Positions 51,901 to 63,969 of a stretch of DNA of 64,000 nt are shown here, piece after piece; position 1 is the stretch's first letter, and every line of letters begins with the position of its first letter. The notes below the pieces were generated by a model. It was not told the origin of the DNA, did not search any database, and saw only the letters and a program-made list of their open reading frames with translations. The translations under genes were made by a program, and so were the position numbers. The DNA lies in the NCBI RefSeq assembly GCF_964204865.1, contig NC_135252.1, forward strand, positions 3,224,001 to 3,288,000. Direction: 5' to 3'. Source of the stretch: Styela clava. Lineage: Eukaryota.

Positions 51901-52338
51901 AACGAAAATTTTGGTGTTTCAAGTCTTCTTTAACAGACTGTTAAAAAGACTTGGTAAAATTACTAACTTTTGGGTTTTGGTAGGAAGTTTTGACTTATAT
52001 TACGATCATTGAAAGTATGCAATTCCGGCGGAACTAAAATTTTGTAGTACGGCCTTGCCAACGACGAAAACCTACAAACTCTGGCACCAACTCACCCAGG
52101 GCACCAGTCGAGTCATATAGTTTCGCTACACTAACTTCTTCTTACATTTCGCAGAAATGGTGCGTGCATCAAATGCTGCCACAAAAACTTTTGCAATAGA
52201 GATCTTCCGACGACATTTCGGATTCAAAAATCTGGGAATATAGAAAACTACACACCAACTGTTCACACAGGATTTTCCATTTCGTTGTCCATTTTGTACG
52301 GGACTTTCACCATCCTGTGGGCTTTCGTGATCAACTGA
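45922..52338 (+). CDS. Secreted, probably GPI-anchored Ly6/uPAR (three-finger, quiver/sleepless-like) protein with an N-terminal extension, ~234 aa
   Basis: Exons 45922-46021 (alternative ATG 45946), 46350-46434, 47072-47156, 51187-51348, 51644-51732, 52155-52338; phases 1,2,0,0,2 are compatible. Signal peptide MTWRYLMIFLLSSSLISA; CYKC...CCHKNFCN; hydrophobic C-terminus ISLSILYGTFTILWAFVIN*. Confidence 0.85.
47665..47970 (+). mobile_element. Helentron/DINE-1-like element, family 2
   Basis: Sub-terminal inverted repeats CTTATCGAT (47671) and ATCGATAAG (47934), a (GTCT)n/(GTTT)n microsatellite core and T-rich ends. Confidence 0.8.
49064..51156. mobile_element. hAT-type (TAG-terminal) non-autonomous element, 2.09 kb
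   Basis: Perfect TIRs TAGGCTTGCACGTAATT/AATTACGTGCAAGCCTA; perfect 8-bp TSD ATACATAT; subterminal TTACG(G/T)AA arrays; internal tandem repeats at ~49340-49600. Confidence 0.92.
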
Positions 52339-53113
52339 AATTAGCATGAAGTTCAGGCCACGACGAATCACGAAAGCGAACAAAGAAATTAGACTTCAAA
52401 CTGACGACACATTTCAGTAACTAACGTATGGCATATACTTCACTTGGTTTTATACTTACCTATTACAACGTATTTTACTACTCTTCAGGAATTGGTGAAA
52501 ACTATATCACGGCCGATGGTATTTTATGTTGAAAAGATGTTTCGCGCCAGTATTAGTACAGAAAACTTCGTTGCTTTTATCAGAATGCAAAGTGCGGCTG
52601 ATGCAACAAACCCTAGTAGCGGAGTGCAACTCCAAAACGTCCTCTCCGCATATCCACCCACTGATAAAATGAAAATAGCAAACGAGTGTATGTTCAATCA
52701 TAGCAAGCCTTGAGCATTGCATTGTTTTAAATCCGATAATTAATTCCGGCCCTCTCCCCTATACAATAGAATCAGTCGATGTGTATGTGAGCGGTGTTGT
52801 ATTAACTCAAAAAGTCGAACAAATCATACAGAACAAATATTAACGCCACCAAGAGTGATGTCAGACCAATATGGCCTATTAACTGATAATCCTCCAGTCA
52901 TTCTACTATTGCAGAACAAGGATACTCACAAAACAATCAAAAATATATAGTCAGTTACAATTCGAAAGAAGGAATAACTTTAACATTAGATTCTTATTTG
53001 TAAGAGACCATGAAGAAATCCCACACCTGATAACTTTAAAAAAATTATCCTGTATGGGTTTTGACATGATAGCAGAGATAAAGACTGTAATACCATGATG
53101 GGATTAAATTTTT

Positions 53114-53223
53114 GGACCTCCTGAAGTATGTGCACCAAGATGGCGCACAACCTGAACTCAGGTTGTGTACCAGGTTAGGGTGAAGGTTATGCGACATCTT
53201 GGTGCGCATACTTCAGGAGCACC
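53114..53223. mobile_element. Merlin-like MITE (110-bp hairpin subfamily)
   Basis: Reverse-oriented near copy of 16730-16839; perfect TSD AAATTTTT. Confidence 0.88.
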
Positions 53224-53973
53224 AAATTTTTTGTGTAAAACAACAAGATATGGTATGCTCAAGCGTTCAAGGAAAACATTAATAAATTACGGTACATCCG
53301 GACGTGGTAGCATAATATTGCGTATCCCATTACTGAATATTTTAGTGTCATCCAACGAAATAGTAAAATTTATTTGCGACAGCCTGGCTGTAGTAAAGAA
53401 ATACCAATATTTCCACTTAGAAGGCCCAAACTAATGCTTTGTTATGTGGACCCGTGTTCATGAAAGAATTATAGACCATATTTATTTGACTATCAAATTT
53501 GATGTGCTTTCAAACCCGATTCGAAAAAAAACTAAAAAATAAACAGATTCTCATTCGAACGATTGTATTTAGTGATAACATGGATAAATTCAAATAATAA
53601 AGGGTGAAGATGACTTGTGAAAATTTGTTAGGGATCTTCAGGTGATTTTTCAATTTTAATTTGTTTTAAATCAGAACTAATTTTTTTAAATACATTTTCG
53701 TGGTGAAACAGGTACTTAGGAAATATACCCCATCTATAGCCCACACTTGGCATTAATGACATAATTCACCCTGAGACTTCCCGCTAATTCCTTGCACTGC
53801 TATCTTTGAAACAACAACCTATCTGTCAAATCACTGCCTCACTGAATCTAAATGAACTTGGGAGTTTCATCATTACGAGTGCTTGCAACTTCAATAAGCA
53901 TATATGTTTGGTGATAGCATTGGGTCAAGAAAGCTTTCCCCTTCGAACCAGTCTGATGTTCGTCGAGGATATA

Positions 53974-56900
53974 TCATGATGAAGCTGGCACTGGAAAAAA
54001 TAGATATCTTAATGTGAAAATTTATCTTGATTCAGCCATATTCATATGCAAATGAAGTCTGATGATAATTGTCTGGGGTTCAAAAATGTTCGTAGGATTT
54101 GAATCACAAGTGTCATAGATTCATATAGGACAGTGATCAAGTGGAAGTACTCTATATTCAGTCGGAAAAATACCAAGATTTACAAAGGTTCTTATTTACG
54201 CTCGTAAAACTCATGCTGATTTATTGTTGTTACAGAGAGGCAATAATATTATCTGCTATTCCACAATAATTACAACCAATTCTATGAAGCAACAATCTGG
54301 ATTGGCAAAATGCAATTGATATCTATATTATGATATCACTGTGTAATTGTTAATTAATGAAAAGGCGGTACTTTACAAACCGTTAAGTAACTCTTTATCT
54401 TGTTGAGGTGACAATTCTCCCTCTTCTGTGATTGAATAATAATACATCAAAAATAACACAATGAATATAATGTAAAATTTGGTATGAATCATAACTTCGT
54501 AGCACAAATAGGAATTTCCTATATTAAGAAGACAACATTTTTAAATAGTATTGTTTTAAATTAGTTAATCACATCCCAGAATCCAATTATTGATTTGAAA
54601 TAGACAAGAGTTATTATGGTCTTCTTAAAATTTCAACCTAAAATAGACCATGAGTCAAGCCAGAAACTATAGATCAAAAAGCAAGAATAAAGACTCTGTA
54701 ATAGATTGCTAAATATACTCAATTACATTCGTAGTAATTGAATCAGTGTATTATTTCAAAAAATGACAAAGTATACCTTTGTCAACTACTGGTTTCGTCT
54801 CAACAACATAAACCTGAAAGAACAAAAAATAGTTGAGTAATAAGAGAAAAAGGTCAATTCCAATCGAACAAATTAATACTAGTAATCTAATTAATGCACA
54901 ATGAGGTACATTACTGAACGGTCGTCTTACACTCCTTTTTTTTACCTTCTATTTTGTTTTTTCGTTATTTTTCATATTTTATTAACTGTGTTGTGCACGA
55001 CCAGCATGATCTATATCACTATAAGAAAAACATTTCTATGCGAAGGGCACGTAATGACAAGTGAATACATGCCCAGCAATGTAGTCTCCGTGTTTTACCA
55101 CCAAATTATGCTTGATTTTTGACATATTTGTGAACACTGTTTCGATGGGAAGGACAATTGCCTATATTACAATGGATGCACAAGGATGTACTGTGAAAAT
55201 TCGAAAGTAGTTTCTCAAGTGTACAAATGAGCGGAAAAAAATTAATGCTGATTACTTTTAACCTTCAACAATAAATCAATTATTAGCTATGAAAAATTAC
55301 CGGTAATATAATTTTATTCTAAATTACCTTGCTAACATTGTCACTTTCATCAGAACTATCATTATCATCATCGCTATTAGACCTAGAAATAAAGCAAATA
55401 ATTGAGATTATTTTTGGACTGGTGTACTTGCCAGATCGTTTACTCAACTATGCTGACATTGCAGAGGGCAGGGTGGGATTTGGAAATTCCAATTAACTGC
55501 CAACCCATTAGGTGATGAGATCATGCATGCCGGAACGAAACAGCAAACCGATGGTTTCAGGACAAAGGGGTGAATATTGAAGTTTAAGAAAAAATATTTA
55601 TTTGATAAAATTATAAATAAATTGATGCCTTTTTACTTGGTTCTCTGATCAAAGTTTGAAGAGATATTTACCTCTAAGTACTTTAAGTTAGAAGTTGATA
55701 GAAGTTTAAAAATCAATAATATATGTTTTTTTTTTTAATTTACCGGAGAAAGTTTTGTGTATTTGGATTCAAGCCCTCTTGATGATCGTGGTGATTCAAA
55801 TACTGGTATATTAATTTTTTATTCCGTACCCATATTCCCCTTCCTCACTACTGGTTTCTCTTTCTTTCTTTTTCTTACTCTTTGATTTCTTCTTTTTATG
55901 TTTCTTTTTAGATTTTGATGAACTTTTCTTCTTTTTCGATGATTTATGAGAAGGTGATTTTCTTGACCTGAACAATTCATGTTTATTGTTCTCAGTCAAA
56001 TATCGAATGAAGTAAAAAAACTTAACAAAACTCAGGTTGACAACATAAATATGAAATTTTTATCCTTACTATCATAATGTACACAGCTATTTACTTCCAA
56101 CTTTCCATGACTATGTCATATGCAGACAGAAATCTACAAAGAGTATGAATATTTATATACAGTATTACCAAAAGTACCTTCGCTTTTTCTTGCCTTGCTC
56201 ATTTTCTAATTCTTGTCTGTACCGTTTACGACTTTTATAATAAGGCGATATTTCTCTGTGGAACAATAAATTTTTTTTGAAAAAATCTCAATTATGGATG
56301 TAGGTCACTTTATCAGCGAAATCATGAAATTATGACATCATGATACAAGACAAATAGGATATATCAATAACCATTATTTTCAAATCTACTAAGACTAAAT
56401 GACAGGGGTGTTGAGCACTTGTCATAATATAGATTCACGCAGCTCTAGAACCATCAGCATTCAGTAGAGTTTCACGACTTTGCTTTGAGAATTTTACATA
56501 AGAATTTAAATGCAAATGCATTCCATATGAACAAGACTAAAAACTCAATTCCAATGACAACTTTTTCAATAACTAAATATTGATAGTAAAATAAGGTAGA
56601 ACAATCAACAATCTAATCATGATGCAAATACATCCAGAACATTGTCAATTTTGGTTGTGGAAAGTATTGCAATTTAAAAGTTTAGTAAGTACCTGTCACG
56701 TCTTGAAGAATTCCCGTTACCATATGATGAAGGTTGCGGATTTTCTATCTTGTAAGCACTTGGTACATCATCAATATCTTTGTTGTATCTACTATGCTGG
56801 CTGCTATATCTATAACTTGTCTCATTGTCTCTGTGAGTAAAAGAGAATGTAATGGTGAGCTAATTCTAGTTTTCATAAAAGAATTTCAATTTAATGGCAT

Positions 56901-59900
56901 GAATTAGAATGTAATGTTTACCTGTGCATCTCATGAGACAACTGATGTTGAATATTGAAGCATTCTCAAATTATTACCAATTTTGAGTTCATAACTTACT
57001 AAATAACATGGTTGTGAAGTCAAAAAATTCACAACCGTTACTGACTCTGAGTTGTTGGACTAGCCAAGTGACTCCCGTAGTATTTGTACCTGAAATTTTG
57101 GCCTAACCTTAACCTGGTATACATACTACGTTCCGGAGTCCACCATCTTGGTGCACATACAACGGGAGTACCATTTTTGGACTCTAATTTAGGGTTGCAA
57201 AAAATTTCGACTCCTGATTAAATTTTGTTAATAAAAACTTCAAAGTATGCAAGCCTCCTTTTTTTTATCACTAATAAAAGTATAAAAAATTCCAACTTCA
57301 TGCTCATCCGAGGAATTTAAAATTTCAACACCGACTGAGAGCAGATAGAAAATTCAACTCAGCTTTGACTCCAGTAAAACATGCCAAACTCGTTTCATGC
57401 CTTATATAAAAAGGTGAAAAAGTGAGTCATTCTAACAAAAATAATTCAAAATACCTGGAAGACCCAAGAACTCTTCTGTATGATGATGGGAGATAATCTC
57501 TATCTCTACTTCTTGATCTCGACCATCGTTTCCCAGAATAATCTCTTGGAGAAGAATGCCGTGACTTTGATTTTGACTTTGATGTACTTCTTGATCTGCT
57601 ACGTGATCTATTTCTGAAAGTGGAAACATGAATCACATATAACAGTAAAGTTTTTTTTTTAAAAAGAGCTTGATTAACAATTTGAAAAAAAAAAAATGAT
57701 AAAGATAAAATGATCAAACCACCAAAAATATAAATGTACACAGATGTGATGGTATAGCAGTTGATGAGTAAATTTGATTATATAGAGGTTGATCACTAGG
57801 CTGGATACAAGAAAAAATGGTGTTTGACAATGGACAAAATGTTGGATATAAATGTCTTGAAACTAATGCTTTCATTCATAACAAATATATTAGTGATTCC
57901 ACTGTGATATGTGTCATATATTACCATATTCATAAACAAATTTGATGTTTCAAAATACAAGTTCCAGAATTGTCCAAAGTGTTATATTCTGCAGACCCCT
58001 AATTACAATTTTCTATAACCAATCTGACACATTGTCGTCATCAAAATGCGCTTTAAAAGCGCAAGCTGTTTCTTATTAGTCATCAGATATTCAGCAATCA
58101 TTTTTATTTCTAGATTTATTACTCTAGCATGTTCACTAAACGCCGTAAGCACTTCTAGTTGGTGTGGCACAAACATTTTTGCATATTTCATTCCTAACTC
58201 TCAGCTGGCTACGTCATCCAAAAATTACGTCACTACGATTTCACAATCATGTCATAGAGCTTGCCAATGAAAAGCTATGATCGCCCAAAATGGCATCTTG
58301 GCTGACGATAACAAAATCGCTAACTCCAGCGATCCCTCTCATATCAAGATCATTACAACGAGAAAACGAAAGAAATTGCTTGCTTGATTTCGGGTGATCG
58401 TCTGCGCCTTTTGGACAATAATCCGCATACTTTGACGGGCTTCATTTCGTCAATGTTCAGTTGTAGTAACAAAATTTTCGGATGGCGTAATTAGATGGGG
58501 GTTAGAAATCACATATGTGAAAATGGTTATGCCACATAAACTAGAAGTGCTTGACGGCGTTTAGTGAACTAGCCCCGTAAAATCTATCCTCAACTCCATG
58601 CAGTTATTACAAACCTCTTTTTATTTTTCTTATTCTTGTGTGATGGTGTACTTGAACGTGATGCAGCTGCAATCAAATCTTTCAAAGTTGTGGGAACAGT
58701 TGCAGGTTCTAACGCTGGTGATGATTTTCTATCCATAGTAGGTGATCGTGATGAAGATGATGATATTGATTTGGCAGGAGATATTCGAGCTGTCGATTCC
58801 TTAAAAATTTCTGTTCCCTGAACAAAAAAAAAACAAAGACAAACTAAGGCTGATACTAAGCATAAGGAATACGCTAGCAATTTTAAGAACAAAATCACTA
58901 TTAGTTACGGTATATTCGATATAGTGTAAAATAATTTGGATAAACTTGAAAAGTGATTTGAGTCATGATTGATTTGGGTCATGAAAATAGGTATCCAGTA
59001 GGTTGATAAAATCATGGAAATAAGTTGGAAAATGAACTTGCACATTTTCTAAAATCATATGTACAAAGTAGTATGATTTGTATGCCCTAATACAGCCAAA
59101 TGCAATATTCCATATTGACAAAATATCTGAATGTTGTTTAATTGCTAAAATAATGTCGAAACACTGAATTTAAAGTAAAATACCTGATCAGGTTCTGCTG
59201 ATTTTTTGGCGTTGTCTGCGTTACTAGGTATACTTGTTGTAGTAGTTTCAGTAGTTGTTACAGTATTACTACTGATACTTGGATCATCATCTTCAAATAT
59301 ATCAAAAATATCATTCGTTACTTTCGCTGAAGATGAAACAACTGGTAGTTCTTCAGCAGAATCCTAAAAAATGAATAAATTATTTCTTTAACAATAAGAA
59401 GGTTGCAAGACACTAACAAAACTTGACACTTCATTTTCCAAATTATGTGAAGTATGAATTACAAAAGGGAACGAACTATAATTACTTGCTATGTAAAACC
59501 AAATATTTTTAAAAATTGAAGATTTCCAGGTGGCCGCCATAAAAAGTGCTATAATAAAGATGGTAATGTTATAGACTTGAATATGTGTACACTGAAAATA
59601 TTAGATGTTTCAAACCAACATCAAAATTATATTTCAGAATATTCTTTCCCTGTATAAATTTGCACAAAATTTGCAAATTAACAATTTCGAATTAGATTTT
59701 CCACCTATTTTAAAAATATGAATAAGAATTGAACTCATGTGATATAAATAAAACTATTAAAGAAATGTTTACCTGGTTTTTCTTTTGCAAAAACATAGAT
59801 GCTTTCTGTCGCCTTTCCGCTTGTTTTTCGCGAAATTCTGTGATTGATACTCTTTCTCCTGTTGGAGTTACAACAGTGAAATTAGACGGTAGAGGCTGAG

Positions 59901-59960
59901 GAGTTAGGGTGAATTTCCTTCGAGGTCGCTTCTCAGTTATCTTGTCATCTGCGATAATAT
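53974..59960 (-). CDS. SFSWAP: Splicing factor suppressor-of-white-apricot homolog, 3' portion (RS domain); upstream exons lie beyond the window
   Basis: Exons 59960-59773, 59363-59184, 58817-58615, 57613-57455, 56830-56693, 56255-56178, 55967-55830, 55382-55328, 54813-54777, 54425-54381, 53990-53974 (last two less certain). QAERRQKASMFLQ, LPSSYRRV and VPSAYKI recall human QAERKRKAALFLQ, LPSAYRTV and VPTAYRV; RS- and K-rich tracts. Confidence 0.82.
57040..57172. mobile_element. Truncated Merlin-like MITE (3' half of the 35521 type)
   Basis: ACTAGCCAAG..CTCCCGTAGTATTT...GGCCTAACCTTAACCTGGTA...CCATCTTGGTGCACATACAACGGGAGTACC. Confidence 0.75.
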
Positions 59961-60018
59961 CTGTAATCCAAAGGACAAAGCTCACACAAATATACTGACA
60001 TGAAATTGAGGTGAAATT

Positions 60019-60226
60019 GGTACTCCTGTAGTGTGTGTACCAGGTTAGGGTTAGGCCATAATATTATACCGATTTTCCTTAATTTAGTTCTATTGCGAGT
60101 TCAGGGACTGTCTGTGTTAGCCAAGTGAATATATCACCTGCCCATAGGTTTCAGTTTCTTTACACAACTTGATGTAAAGTAGACGAACAAAATTAGTTAC
60201 CTCCATTGGTACACTTCCGGAGCGCC
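60019..60226. mobile_element. Merlin-like MITE (long subfamily)
   Basis: GGTACTCCTGTAGTGTG...GGTTAGGGTTAGGCC...CTTCCGGAGCGCC; near copy of 40776-40993. Confidence 0.82.
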
Positions 60227-60342
60227 TTAAAATCAATGTAATAAAATTAAATCATATTTACCAAGGCCATAATCTCGTAACCCAAGTAAATAAAGCCTTT
60301 TGTAACATCTTCCACATTTTAATTCAATTATTCTTAATAACG

Positions 60343-60355
60343 GTTATTAAGTAAC
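60343..60355. promoter_or_regulatory. Candidate RFX X-box upstream of STPG4
   Basis: GTTATTAAGTAAC resembles the X-box GTTNCC(AT)RGYAAC and lies ~0.5 kb upstream of a sperm-tail/ciliary gene. Confidence 0.35.
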
Positions 60356-61039
60356 GAAGATGTCAACAGACATACAGCAGAGACGAAGCTATTTTGGAAT
60401 CATCTTCCTATCAAAACTTATAGAGCAGCTTGAATTTAAAAATGATCAATAAACTTTCAGGAACTAGTAAACAGATGAAATTAATGATTGGGTGCACAGG
60501 ATGACACACAAAAAGAAGCTTTTGGGTACAATCATACACAAACAGAAGGTCAAGTGTCAAATAAATTTTCTTCGTTTTCGTAGAAGTTATTAAGAAATTC
60601 ATGAGTTCTATTTATTTAGTTCACCCAGTACCACCATCCTTACAGTCTACAGTACAGTACACTCACACTGAAGGTAGAATTTTTGAAGAGAGTCCATAAA
60701 ATATCATAAAATTGATTTTATTCCTTTCAATAGAATCCCATTGTGACATCACAGACAAAATCAATAAATGCTATTATTTTTATCAAATGATTAAATTTAG
60801 CAAATACTTATCATTATTTTATAATAGGACTACAAGCATGACAGGTAAAACAAGTAGGGGAAGCACGAAGAAAGTAAAGATAAAATCGGGACCAAAATTA
60901 AAGGATAAGAAAGCAACAAGCCCAGTACAAGACAAAGATGAACTAGTATACATCGACAAGTTATTGCAAAAGAGAGTCTACTCTGCATATACAAAAGGAA
61001 GAAAAGTAGGAAAATAATTACGATTATGGAGACCATAGG

Positions 61040-63969
61040 ATGGAAGATATCCATCCCTCAGTTACCAACCCAGTAGCGTATAAGGTTACTTATCGTATCT
61101 ATTCATGAAACTCTGGATGCATGAATACAGACAATTTTAATAGGTTTAAATGAACTGAATTTGAAACAAATCCCTTTTGAAAAAAAAGAGTTATATTAGA
61201 ATGTGAATAATTGAAACCCTCTTTTTGACAAACTTTTAGTAGTTTTACAGCGAAATCATGATTAGCATCAAATTCTATATTGCAAGATTTTTGTGATTGG
61301 TTGAAAAAATGTGAGTGATATGTACTTTTCCTATCTATATGCCTTGTAATAGCTGTTCCATTTTTTGTAGGGAAATTAGCTTAAAGCAAGTTCATGCACT
61401 CTTACTGGGTTATTCGCTTTGCATGAGCCCAGATAGAGGCATTGCAACACAAAGGATTGGGATTACTCGCACATACTAGACGCAAGATTAAATTAAAACG
61501 TGGGCGCTTCTTCCCGGGCCTCACTAATTTTTCTTGTGGGCCACAGGTTGCACACCCCTGGTATAGATAATTTTAGAATTGAGCGTTAGTAAATGCCAAT
61601 TGATGTCAGATAACACAAAAATATCAAGACCTTGCTCAAAAGTCTCTATATTTGTCATATCAGCCCAGTGGCAAACATTTAAAATAACTACTTTTATTGC
61701 TGAAGGATCCTAGAGTAACATATGAAGAACCGGTAACCAAGAGAGAATGGTGGCGAGTGACAGTAAAAGAAACACCTGTACCAGGAACATATAAATGCAG
61801 AGATTTTCTTGATGTCGCAGCTATGAATCCAGTACAAGCATCTTATAATTTTGCAGGTGAGAGATAGCCATGGGAATGAAATAGCAGAGATCAGAATGAA
61901 AATGTTCTTCAAAGAAATATACAGTATATATAGAATAAAATTTGATTTTCTTTAGGAATTGAATGATGGAAATGGAATCCATCAACGGCTAAGTTCCAGA
62001 TTATTTTAAGAGTTTAATCCTGACATGGGCCAAATCCAGCCCATAGTGTAATTCAGTTTGGCCCGCCTGATGTCGCCACAATCAAACTGAAACCAAATTT
62101 TCATGTTTTCGTTAAAAATAGCTCGAAGAATTTGTTAAGAATACGATAAAATTTAGTTTTGGCACGGAAGCTTATTGTTTTCCCCTTCTGCTTTTGTAAC
62201 ACTGTAAATATTGTTCATAAAATGTAACTTTTACATCAAACTTACATGGCCCACCAGTCCAGGTGGGCACAACTTTTGGCCCCCGGTTCAAAAACCTTGC
62301 CCACCCCATTTTGCATATAATTCACTATTTGCAACCCCAATATCTTGTATGTCTACATACTTCAGGTCGAAGTGAAAATTAAGTTTCTTAAATTTTTTCA
62401 GGACAAGGAAGATCAAAGGAGGCTGGAATAGCCAGAAGTGGTGAATTACTATTACCAGGAGCATATCAACATAGAGATTTCCTACGCGATCTCGAAAACA
62501 GAAGAATAGCAAGTTCATTCAAGAGTTCAGGAAGAAGTCGGACACCGACTGGATTCAAGGTACAGAAATACCATTTGCATAAGAGCGAAGAAGAAGGCAA
62601 AACTGTTGATTATAATTAGAAAGGTCTGAACAGTCAAAGAAAGATTTCATCAGAATCACACCAAGAGCCAAACATAAAAAACATAACTTTGGAACAATAA
62701 CTTTGAGATATTCAAAACTCGAATTCTCATTCGACATCACATTTCCCTCAATAGTCTGAATTTTTAGCTTCCGTATTTGTGCTCCACTTTTGTGCAAAGC
62801 GTCCATGGACATTGAAACTTTTGTGTACAATCAATCAATCATCAAATCAATTGTTGGGAGTGTTAAATAAAAATTTTCTTCATTTTTGTAGAAGTCATTG
62901 GAATAAGTATAGATTTAGTTTTTTTGGGTATGTTATTCGTTTGCTCATTTAACCAGAAAAATATTCCCCACAGGACAAAGATGTTGAAGTTCCACCATGG
63001 CAATACGATTTGATACGACCGCCGGTGAATAAGATGCCATCAAAACATAGTGCATTCAGAAGTCAATCTTCGAGGTTTCCAAGCCTGAATTTTAAACCCA
63101 AAGAAGGACCACCACCTGGTGCCTACAATCCATGTCAACCAACATACAGGTTAGTGTATTTGGTATGAGAGTCATCAATACCGAGCTTGTGGAATTGGAA
63201 AAAGAGTTTGCCATGCTTTATTGATAACCAAGCCAAAATTTTGAATTTCAAAATTTGGGAATTATGGTTTCAGAATTTTTAAGGGGATGGTGGGAAATGA
63301 AATCTCAAAATTAAACTAGGTTTAACACATTTATCCCGGGGGAGCAGAAAGCCGATAAGACGGCCTAATCATATGGCGTCCCGTTACATGTCCATGTTGG
63401 GCATGGGATTAGCATTGACTTGATGGTTTGGGAAGTCATAACTGACCAGCGGGTAGGGTGAGCCACCCTACGGTGGAGAGGAGTCCAGCAATCCTCTCGT
63501 ACATAATTAACCCCGCATGGGATTCGAATCTGCAAACCCACACAAGCATTCTTAACACTATTAAAGACTTTCATATGCCAAAGTACTGGTTTACAAAATT
63601 TTGTTTTCTGGTAGTTCGAAACTAGGATGAAGTCAAAATTCCCTTCAACACTGCAGCCATAGGTAGAAATTTTTGTCAACCTTTAGTCTAAAATCCCTTT
63701 TGAAATGAGTTTTTTCCAGAAAGCACAGACCCGACCAACATGGAAATTACGGTAATATAAATTAGACCTAATCTATCCCCACGTCTATGCACAGGTATAA
63801 GATTTCATCAAGTTTCTGTTCTCAAACAACAAGATTTGGAACATCATGTACAAAAGTACCAGGACCAGGAACTTATGAACCAACTATTTATACCAAACCA
63901 CATCAACCTTCGTTAAGAAAAATGGCAAAAATGCATGGACTTTATTTCCAAACTGCATTCCAAGCTTGA
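61040..63969 (+). CDS. STPG4: Sperm-tail PG-rich repeat protein 4 (C2orf61) homolog, 234 aa from ATG 61040; may extend to ATG 60838
   Basis: Exons 61040-61084, 61706-61856, 62402-62559, 62974-63149, 63795-63969. REWWRVTVKETPVPGTY..DF....MNPVQASYNF, FRSQSSRFP...PKEGPPPGAYN and KVPGPGTY...KMAKMHGLYF recall human STPG4 (WWRIALTDTPIPGTY, NPVIATYNF, FRSTVQRFP, KTPGPGAY, KMGQEHSLFF). Confidence 0.9.
62015..62310. mobile_element. hAT MITE, same family as 30128-30410, opposite orientation
   Basis: GGGCCAAATCCAGCCC...GGCCCGCCTGATG...AAAATGTAAC...CTTACATGGCCC...AAAAACCTTGCCCACCCC. Confidence 0.7.
63325..63545 (-). mobile_element. tRNA-derived SINE copy
   Basis: ATTTATCCCGGGGGAG...GAGGAGTCCAGCAATCCTCTCG...GCATGGGATTCGAA (reverse-complement B box). 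Confidence 0.85.

Noticed and set aside
6965-52338. Functional cluster of K+-channel auxiliary subunits (KCNMB-like plus quiver-like)
   Set aside because: The genes are ~35 kb apart and separated by unrelated genes, with no evidence of co-regulation. Proximity alone is weak in animal genomes.
52444-52713. 89-aa ORF with an acceptor at ~52489 as an alternative Ly6 C-terminal exon
   Set aside because: Splicing from exon 5 (phase 2) gives a stop within three codons, and the ORF lacks the CCxxxxCN motif. It is probably 3' UTR.
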